Of a DNA stretch of 14,087 bases, positions 7,456 to 14,087 are shown one piece after another (position 1 is the first letter of the stretch; the number at the start of each line of letters is the position of its first letter). The DNA is from Nitrospirota bacterium (GTDB lineage: Bacteria > Nitrospirota > UBA9217). A program made the position numbers and the translations under genes. Where the stretch lies: NCBI GenBank assembly GCA_963749655.1, contig CAVVOB010000037.1, forward strand, positions 1 through 14,087. Direction: 5' to 3'. Below the pieces are notes generated by a model. The model was not told the origin of the DNA and searched no databases. It was given only the letters and a program-made list of their open reading frames with translations.

Positions 7456-8574
7456 ATGGATGAAGTCGACATAACGATCATCGGGGCGGGCGTGGTCGGA
7501 CTTGCCGTTGCTGCGGAACTTGCTTCCATGCAGCGGAACATCGTGGTCCTCGAACGAAACGATACCTACGGCCGCGAAACGAGCAGCCGCAACAGTTGCG
7601 TGATCCACTCCGGCATTTACTACCCGCCGGGTTCGCTCAAGGTACGGCTGTGCATCGAAGGCGCGGACCTGCTCTACGAGCTCTGCCTCGCCCACGCGAT
7701 CCCTCATCGCCGCACGGGGAAGCTGATTGTTGCCGCGGAGCAGCACGAGGAGAACGCCCTCGAAGTGCTCCTGAAGACCGGACAACAGAACGGGGTCAAA
7801 GACCTCCGGGTCCTCGACCGGCAGGCAGTCGCGAAGATGGAGCGCGCCGTCATTGCATCGGCTGCGATCCACCTGCCGCACACGGGCATCATCGATGTCC
7901 ATGCCTTGATGAAGCACTTTTACAGCGCCGCATCAACGAAGGGCGTTCTCTTTGCTTTTAACAGCGAGGTTGACCACATCGGAGCGGAGCGCGGCGGATA
8001 TACCGTCAAGATCAGGCAGGATGACTACCGGTTCCTGTCGCGCATCGTCATCAACTGCGCGGGGCTTGCCTCGGACCGGATCGCGGCTGCAGCGGGCATG
8101 AACGTCCAAAAGCTCGGATACAATCTCAAGTACTGCAAGGGATCGTACTTCTCCTATGCCAAGCCCTCGCCCGTCAACACCCTCGTCTATCCCCTTCCCC
8201 ATGACGCGCTGGTGGGGCTGGGGATCCATGCGACGCTCGACCTGGGAGGAAGGCTGAGGTTCGGGCCCGACGCGGAATACGTGAGCGAAATCGGCTTCAC
8301 CGTCGACCGGGGCAAGCAGGATCGCTTCTTCGAAGGCGCCGGAAGGATAATCAGGGGGCTTGCGAAAGACGCCTTCCTCCCGGATATGGCCGGGGTGAGG
8401 CCGAAGCTCCAGGGGCCGGGAGAATCGGTGAGGGATTTCGTGATCGCCGACGAAACCGGAAACGGTCTTCCCGGACTGATCAACCTGATCGGCATCGAGT
8501 CTCCCGGGCTCACGGCCGCGCCTGCCATTGCGCGCCACGTGGCAAAGATGGTAAAGGATTTACTGGCAGGCTGA
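7456..8574 (+). CDS. FAD-dependent oxidoreductase, L-2-hydroxyglutarate oxidase (LhgO/DAO)-like
   Basis: IIGAGVVG dinucleotide fold, ETSSRNSxVIHSGIYY, GKLIVA, GIHATLDLGG..RFGPD, GVRPKL and GIESPGLTA. Confidence 0.9.
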   Translation: MDEVDITIIGAGVVGLAVAAELASMQRNIVVLERNDTYGRETSSRNSCVIHSGIYYPPGSLKVRLCIEGADLLYELCLAHAIPHRRTGKLIVAAEQHEENALEVLLKTGQQNGVKDLRVLDRQAVAKMERAVIASAAIHLPHTGIIDVHALMKHFYSAASTKGVLFAFNSEVDHIGAERGGYTVKIRQDDYRFLSRIVINCAGLASDRIAAAAGMNVQKLGYNLKYCKGSYFSYAKPSPVNTLVYPLPHDALVGLGIHATLDLGGRLRFGPDAEYVSEIGFTVDRGKQDRFFEGAGRIIRGLAKDAFLPDMAGVRPKLQGPGESVRDFVIADETGNGLPGLINLIGIESPGLTAAPAIARHVAKMVKDLLAG

Positions 8575-8598
8575 CAAGTTTACAGGCTTAAGCACTTC

Positions 8599-8687
8599 CA
8601 TTCCGCATTCCGAATTCCGCATTCCGCATTGGTTCATCACATTCCGCATTCCGCACTGTGATCCTTGCCCCTTGCCCCCTGACCCTT
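8599..8687. repeat. Heptamer tandem arrays (CATTCCG)n and (CCTTGCC)n
   Basis: CATTCCG x4.5 (8599-8630), CATTCCG x2 (8640-8655) and CCTTGCC-CCTTGCC-CCCTGAC-CCTT (8663-8687), between convergent genes. Confidence 0.85.
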
Positions 8688-10218
8688 AAATTGTTTTCTT
8701 TTCCGCCGACCTGAGCGGATGCTCCGGAAGGAAAAGCACCAGAAAGAAGGAAAGCCCGATGATGACCGAGCCCAGGAGAAACGCGGTGCTGATCGCGTGG
8801 CGGTAGGCGTCGATGACGAGCTCCCGCTGGGCCGGGGGAAGCGCTGCAATCTGCTGGATGCCCTGCTCCATGATCGAACGGCCGCCGTGCGCGAGACCGG
8901 CCCATTTCTCGGCATGAAGGCCCTGGAGCTCCGCAGTCATGATGGCGCCGGACATTGCCACGCCGAAGGTGCCGCCGAGTTGCCGAAAAAAGGCAGAGGT
9001 GGCCGTTGCCGCGCCCTGTTCGCGGGGGCCTACGGCGTTCTGGATCGACACGACAAGGTTCGGCATGACCATGCCGAAGCCGCAGCCCAGAACGATGAGC
9101 GCTGTCTCGATCACGCCTATGCCGAACCCCGCGGCAGCCGCGATCATCACGGCGATGAATGCCAGCGTTGCGGCGCCCAGGCCGAAGGCGGTCAGTTTTT
9201 TGTATCGTCCGGTGCGGGACACGATGCGGCCGCCGATAAAGGACGTCGTGATCATGCCTCCGGTCATGGGCGCGAGCAAAAGGCCGGCCTTCGCCGGATC
9301 CATGCCGAGGACAAGCTGGAAGAAGAGCGGGAGAAACACGAAAGCTCCGAAAACTCCCATGAAGGCGAGCCCCATCACCGCCGAGGCGATCATCACGGTC
9401 CTGTTGTGAAAGATGTGCGGCGAGAGCACCGGCTCCTCGGAGCGCCGTTCCGTGCGGATGAGGAGAGCGGTGAGCCCTGCGGAAGCTATTGCAAGGCCGA
9501 TGATGAGCGGAGAAGACCACGCATACTGCACGCCGCCCCAGCTGAGCACCAGGAGCAGGGCCACCGTGGCGGAGGTCAGGAGCATGACCGCCAGGTAATC
9601 GATATGGTGCGAGACCTTGTGATGGGGGCGCCGGAACCCGAAGACGATCATGGCCAGGGCGGGAATGCCGACGGGAACGTTGACGTAGAATATCCAGCGC
9701 CATGAGAGGGCGCTCGTGATGAACCCGCCCAGGAGCGGCCCGGCGATGCTCGAGAAGGCGAAAACCGCGCCGAACAGGCCCTGGTAGCGGCCCCGCTCCC
9801 GCGGCGCCACCAGGTCGGCGATCGTGGTCTGCGCGAGCACCATGAGGCCGCCGGCGCCGAGGCCCTGGATGCCGCGATACGCAACGAGCTCCGCCATGGA
9901 GCGCGACAGGCCGCAGAGGCACGAGCCGATGAGGAATATGACGATCGCGACGACGAAGAGCGGCTTCCTGCCGTACATGTCCGAGAGTTTTCCGTACAGC
10001 GGCGTCGTGGCCGTGGAGGTCACGAGAAAGGACGTCACGACCCACGACAGGTGATTGAGGCCCCCGAGGTCGCTCACGATCTGCGGCAGCGCAACGCCCA
10101 CGATGTTTTGATCGAGCGATGCGAGTGCCAGGGCCATCAACAGGCCCGCGAGCACGGTCTTGACCTCGCGGGGAGAAGGCTGTGTTGCATCCGGCTGGTC
10201 GGAAGACAGAGAAGACAT
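8686..10218 (-). CDS. MFS drug:H+ antiporter, DHA2 (14-TMS, MDR/EmrB-QacA) family
   Basis: LDQNIVGVALP (motif D1), YGKLSDMYGRK (motif A), RGIQGLGAG, GPLLGG (motif C) and WRWIFYVNVPVG (motif H). Confidence 0.95.
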   Translation of the reverse strand: MSSLSSDQPDATQPSPREVKTVLAGLLMALALASLDQNIVGVALPQIVSDLGGLNHLSWVVTSFLVTSTATTPLYGKLSDMYGRKPLFVVAIVIFLIGSCLCGLSRSMAELVAYRGIQGLGAGGLMVLAQTTIADLVAPRERGRYQGLFGAVFAFSSIAGPLLGGFITSALSWRWIFYVNVPVGIPALAMIVFGFRRPHHKVSHHIDYLAVMLLTSATVALLLVLSWGGVQYAWSSPLIIGLAIASAGLTALLIRTERRSEEPVLSPHIFHNRTVMIASAVMGLAFMGVFGAFVFLPLFFQLVLGMDPAKAGLLLAPMTGGMITTSFIGGRIVSRTGRYKKLTAFGLGAATLAFIAVMIAAAAGFGIGVIETALIVLGCGFGMVMPNLVVSIQNAVGPREQGAATATSAFFRQLGGTFGVAMSGAIMTAELQGLHAEKWAGLAHGGRSIMEQGIQQIAALPPAQRELVIDAYRHAISTAFLLGSVIIGLSFFLVLFLPEHPLRSAEKKTI

Positions 10219-10227
10219 AATCGTGGG

Positions 10228-10255
10228 ATTATAGAGAGTGATTGCGATTTGTCAA
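10228..10255 (-). promoter_or_regulatory. Consensus sigma70 promoter of the MFS gene
   Basis: TTGACA (10255-10250)-N16-TATAAT (10233-10228), ending 9 nt before the ATG. Confidence 0.75.
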
Positions 10256-10359
10256 GGGAAACGTCCGTTTCCGGTCATGTTCACGAAAGGAACGGGGCTT
10301 CAGTTTCCGCCCGACCTGTACATCACCGTTTTGCATGCAGCAGAAGTATTTGAAGGTTC

Positions 10360-10563
10360 TCAGGTTGAGGGCTTCAGGTCCTGCTCTATGACCGCGTGCA
10401 CCTGCCGGATATTGCTCACCGTGTCGTTCATGTGCTTCTGCGCCATATGTTCATATACCGTGGTTTCGTTCAACAGGGTCTTCATCTTCCTGACAGCCTT
10501 TTCCCTGGTTCTTCCCCTGACGGTCATCACATCGCCGCAGTTGCACGTCATGCTGTAGGTCAT
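10360..10563 (-). CDS. Small putative metal-binding protein (DUF1059-like)
   Basis: MTYSMTCNCGDVMTVRGRTREKAV...EHMAQKH with CxC and HxxxxH. AAGGAGGT RBS in front of ATG 10563. Confidence 0.7.
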   Translation of the reverse strand: MTYSMTCNCGDVMTVRGRTREKAVRKMKTLLNETTVYEHMAQKHMNDTVSNIRQVHAVIEQDLKPST

Positions 10564-10628
10564 TGCCGCCACCTCCTTCATTCACAAAGTTTTGCGGCAA
10601 GGCATATTTGACAAATTCGCAAAAGGCT

Positions 10629-10718
10629 TTTCACCGCAGAGAACGCCGAGGTCGCAGAGAAACTTAGTCGGAATTTATAAAGGATCCCTCTGCGTTCTCT
10701 GCGCGCTCTGCGGTAAAA
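10629..10718. repeat. Inverted element built from 3x 9-mer CGCAGAG arrays
   Basis: TTTCACCGCAGAG-AACGCCGAG-GTCGCAGAG ... CTCTGCGTT-CTCTGCGCG-CTCTGCGGTAAAA. Confidence 0.85.
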
Positions 10719-10882
10719 TTTGCTTTTTACTATTTCATCATATTTAACTGTACCTCCGGTCAAGAGAGAGGTCAAGAAAACCGGCCCCTTACAGCATCAA
10801 AAAACTTCCGTCACCCGGATTTCTAGAACAAAAGTAAGCAGCGCGGCCATACCGCCCCGCATTGTTCCCTTCTGCAAGCACG

Positions 10883-10913
10883 AAAAAAGGCGCCCGGAGA
10901 TGCCGGCGCCTTT
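10883..10913 (-). terminator. Rho-independent terminator
   Basis: Minus strand AAAGGCGCC..GGCGCC-TTTTTT, 40 nt after the stop of the 70-aa ORF. Confidence 0.75.
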
Positions 10914-10953
10914 CGATTCTTTACCTGCTGTGCGAATGTCGGTCTGCCCCGGT

Positions 10954-11166
10954 CTACTGCGCACCCGGGCTTAATTCACTGCCTGCCGGAGAATTCGCCG
11001 CGCATTCAACCGGGGCCGAGAGCTCAAACTGGTGTTGCCGGTACCAGGGGCAGAGGGTAAACCAGTCTCCCCGGCAATATTCCTCTGATGAGAAGAGGGT
11101 GTGAGCCAGCAGATCACTGGTTGACTTGCAGGTTGCAGGGCCGCTGGAAAGGAACGGGCAGTCCAT
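10954..11166 (-). CDS. Small Cys-rich hypothetical protein (CP-x8-C-x17-C-x7-CPxY)
   Basis: Strong RBS AAGGAGGAG, upstream sigma54-like promoter, downstream terminator, and a paralogous ORF at 1345-1488. Confidence 0.75.
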   Translation of the reverse strand: MDCPFLSSGPATCKSTSDLLAHTLFSSEEYCRGDWFTLCPWYRQHQFELSAPVECAANSPAGSELSPGAQ

Positions 11167-11288
11167 GGTCTCTCCTCCTTCTTAGTTGCCGATATAAATA
11201 ACAGAGCAACAGCTCTGCGATGAAACAGTATCCTGATGTAAGAGGCGAGATTTACCGTTGTGATCACGTGATATCTGCAGATCTAAAA

Positions 11289-11304
11289 TGCAAATTTCAC
11301 ACCA
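11289..11304 (-). promoter_or_regulatory. sigma54 (-24/-12) promoter candidate
   Basis: TGGTGTGAAATTTGCA = GG-N10-GC with TTGCA at -12. A TGTCAC..GTGACA inverted motif (about 11365-11389) lies at enhancer distance. Confidence 0.55.
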
Positions 11305-11470
11305 TCTTTTTTGTTTTCATCATCCGGAAAATTAAACAGTTCCAGAATGGAGATTTTCATGCGTTGTCACTTTTTGCCACGCAGTGACACAATACGTCAG
11401 TCGGCGGAGCAGTTACGTGCTTCCCTTTTTACGGTGTCATGACTTTCGAAGAAAAAACTTTGCCGGGATT

Positions 11471-11660
11471 CAGTGGAGCCCCCTCCGGCATCCCGACCTG
11501 TCGGGACTAAAATTGACGCGACCTCCCGCCTGCACCCGGCGTTTACGAGTGCGGATGCACGGAGTGCCAGGTGGAACTGCGAACTCGCGCATGCGTGACA
11601 CGTTCGTGTCACGCGCAAGTGAGCGCTTTCCACCCCCGGCAGGAGCCGGGGGATGCCAAG
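11471..11660 (-). mobile_element. Highly structured non-coding tract, candidate orphan IS110-family non-coding end (bridge RNA-like)
   Basis: Consecutive hairpins at 11633-11652, 11570-11634, 11523-11564 and 11491-11506, ending in RBS-like GGAGGGGGCTCCA. The IS110 resemblance is from recalled sequence pattern, not a search. Confidence 0.45.
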
Positions 11661-11842
11661 GCGCGGATTGCGTTCAAAGACATACGAGAAGCAGGACAGC
11701 GGATCGGGGAAAAGAATACAGCGAAGAGGGACGTTACGCAGGGTGAAGTGGAATCCGGGACGTTCGGGAGCAGTCAGCTGAAAGTCCGGGAGCACGGCCG
11801 CGCTCTGCATGCGAGGTCACGACGGAGGAGCAGGAACAGGTC

Positions 11843-12515
11843 TCACGGCAGGCTTGCTTCCACCCCGCGGCTGAGCTCGACGAGGTCAAGCCAGCGTTCC
11901 GGTCCGCCGTTCCTGCCCGTCAGCACGACCGTGCCGGCCGCGCTGATGCCGATGCGCACGGGGTATTTGATCGACGATCCACAGCGGTCGACCAGGAGCG
12001 ACTGCAGCGCCGGGGTCACCGCGCGCCCTGCAGACGACCGGTCCTTCGCGATCACGATGAAGTGTTTTCGAAAACTCGGCATCTCCAACGTCGACTCTGT
12101 TCGTGAGCGCGGCCGCGTTTATCCGGCTGCGCGCAACGATGTCCACGGCCGTTCCAAGGGAGCGGAAGCGCGGCGACTCCAGAATGCACCCGGTGCCGAA
12201 GCTGCCGCCGCTGCGACGCTCGCGAAGACGGTACTGGCAGTCAAAGAAGCGAACGGCACGCGCACCGGTCTCGATCGTTGTAATATTGTCCAGCTGGAAC
12301 AGTTCGTCAGGGAAGAAGGCTTCGATCCTTGCGGACAACCCGTCTCCATCCGCCGCCTGAAAGCTCCAGCCCTGAGACGCGGCGAACCGCTGCAACAGGG
12401 CCTTCCGTCTGGCATTGGACCGTGCCGCATAGATCACCGCACCAACGAACGCTCCTGCGATGCATAAAATGACTGTCAGCGCTGCCGGATTGATCGCTCC
12501 GCTGCCCTGATTCAT
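11843..12515 (-). CDS. Membrane-anchored hypothetical protein (one frameshift at ~12066)
   Basis: N-terminal TM followed by RRKALLQRFAASQGWSF. Removing one base in the run at 12065-12068 joins VDVGDAEFSK to HFIVIAKDRSSAGRAVTPALQSLL...EASLP*. GGGGAGG RBS. Confidence 0.72.
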
Positions 12516-12555
12516 GCAGAACCTCCCCGGGAAAGAAGCCTGAAGGACATAAAAG

Positions 12556-12584
12556 AGAATAGGATAATTTTATGAAAAAGGCAA
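12556..12584 (-). promoter_or_regulatory. sigma70 promoter candidate
   Basis: TTGCCT-N17-TATTCT, 40 nt upstream of ATG 12515. Confidence 0.5.
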
Positions 12585-12594
12585 GAGGTTCGGA

Positions 12595-12748
12595 AATGCG
12601 GAATGCGGAATTCGGAGTGCGGAATAGTGAACCTTTTGGCTGTCAGTTATCCGCGATTAATGCTCATCTCGATCGGCACCCAACGTAAAGTCGTGCTGTG
12701 CATTTAGTCTCTTGCCCATTCCGCATTCCGCATTCCGAATTTCGCATT
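12595..12748. repeat. 154-bp element with 31-bp inverted heptamer arrays (AATGCGG)n / (ATTCCGC)n
   Basis: AATGCGG-AATGCGG-AATTCGG-AGTGCGG-AAT (12595-12625) and ATTCCGC-ATTCCGC-ATTCCGA-ATTTCGC-ATT (12718-12748), flanking a 92-bp unique core. Confidence 0.85.
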
Positions 12749-12752
12749 TAAT

Positions 12753-14023
12753 TCACGCCTCCTGTCCGATCGCCTTTTTGAGCGGCCGCGAGCAGTGCAA
12801 AGAAACGCAAGGCCTGCAATAAAAGACAGGACAAACATGAGGAGGAAGAAATTTTCCCTCGGCATCTTTTCCCAGAACGTTCCCAGGTATCCCGACAGAT
12901 AGTTTCCGAAAAAACTCGACAGGAACCACACGCCCATCATCATGGACACGATCCGGGCCGGCGCGATCTTGGTCACGAGCGACAGACCGATGGGGAAAGA
13001 TAGACCTCTCCGAGCGTGAGCACGAAGGTGCAGGCCGTGAGCCACCACAGGCTCGCCCGGGGATGAACAGCGAGGTGTCGGGCCGGCGGGATCAGGATCA
13101 GGAAGGCGGCGGAAAGGAGAATGCAGCCGATGCCCATCTTGGCGATGCTCGACGGCTCTTTTCCGCGGCGGTCCTGCCAGGACCAGAACATGTTCAGCAC
13201 GGGAACGAAGAGGAAGATCATCAGCGGATTGAAGGACTGGAACCACGAGGCCGGCATCTCCCAGCCCTAAGATCATCCTATCCGTATTGGCGTCGGCCCA
13301 CAGCGCCATTGTATTGCCCTGCTGCTCGTACACGCTCCAGAAAACGATGGACAGCGCCATCATGACGAAGATCGCCCCGATCTTCCGCCAGTCTTCGCGG
13401 GTCATCGGTTCCCGCGGCTGGCGCTCCCGTTCCCTTGCGCTCCATGATGAGATCGGGGGCAAGGTGCTTCTGGCCCGAAAGATACACGACGAGCCCGATC
13501 ACCATGCCCACGCCTGCGGCTGCAAAACCCCAGTGGAACCCGATTTTCTCGCCCAGGGTGCCGCACACAAGCGGGGAAAAGAATGCGCCGAGATTGATCC
13601 CCATATAGAACAGGCTGAACGCGCGGTCCCGGCGATGGTCGCCGGGAGGGTACAACGCGCCGACCTGCGTTGAGATATTCGGCTTGAAGGCGCCGTTTCC
13701 GAGGATCAGGAAAACGAGGGCCGGGAAAAACAGGCTGGGGGCAGCCGTCAGGAAATGTCCGACAGCCATAAGCGCCGCTCCCAGGATCACTGTCGCTGGC
13801 CCCAGGACCCGATCAGCGAGCATGCCACCGAAGAGCGGGGTGAAGTCGGGCGAAAGCCGGTATCCAGACCATAAATCTCCGATGACCGTTCCTGGGTAAA
13901 CTGCAGGTGCTTGATCATGTAATAAACCAGGAGAGAGCGCATCCCGTAATAGGAAAAGCGCTCCCACATCTCGGTGAAGAAAAGGACGTACAGCCCGGGA
14001 GGATGTTTCCGGTTTGTGGTCAT
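12753..14023 (-). CDS. POT/PTR family proton-dependent oligopeptide transporter (multiple frameshifts: sequencing errors or pseudogene)
   Basis: ExxERFxYY motif ([11 protein letters not shown]), [45 protein letters not shown] and [12 protein letters not shown] spread over several frames. Probable true end [10 protein letters not shown] at 12753. Confidence 0.9.
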
Positions 14024-14035
14024 AAATATCAGTTG

Positions 14036-14058
14036 CGCGGGCTAAAGCCCGCGACTAC
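14036..14058 (-). repeat. GTAG-family REP palindrome
   Basis: Minus strand GTAGTCGCGGGCTTTAGCCCGCG: GTAG tetramer plus a CGCGGGCT/AGCCCGCG stem. Confidence 0.75.
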
Positions 14059-14087
14059 AGAATCGTAACGCAATTGATTTTGCAATT

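Noticed and set aside
11779-11800. GAAAGTCCGGG resembling the RNase P RNA 5' conserved region
   Set aside because: No GAG prefix, no other conserved regions, and no room before the adjacent CDS.
11397-11810. 137-aa minus ORF and 120-aa plus ORF (11384-11746)
   Set aside because: No RBS and no recognisable domain. They overlap the hairpin tract, which is better explained as non-coding. No IS110 DEDD motifs.
8599-12748. Repeat arrays as CRISPR
   Set aside because: Units are 7-9 bp tandem or inverted with no unique spacers, and there are no cas genes.

Overview
Bacterial chromosomal window. A Nitrospirota or Desulfobacterota-like origin is suggested by the gene content, but this is an inference. 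Genes from left to right: hicBA toxin-antitoxin pair (-), degenerate small Cys-rich ORF (-), atypical receiver-PilZ protein (+), XRE regulator (-), DUF2277 protein (-), three-gene ABC-2 exporter (-), frameshifted TPR protein (-), LhgO-like FAD oxidoreductase (+), DHA2 MFS exporter (-), DUF1059-like protein (-), small Cys-rich protein with a sigma54-type promoter and terminator (-), frameshifted membrane-anchored hypothetical (-) and a multiply frameshifted POT peptide transporter (-). Most frameshifts look like long-read indel errors. The intergenic DNA is the unusual part. It holds GTAG REP/REPIN elements, two inverted elements built from 9-mer (CGCAGA-core) arrays, and heptamer (ATTCCGC) arrays, one forming a 154-bp inverted-repeat element. 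It also holds a ~190-nt multi-hairpin tract that resembles an orphan IS110 non-coding (bridge-RNA) end. No transposase or other mobilising enzyme is encoded in the window.
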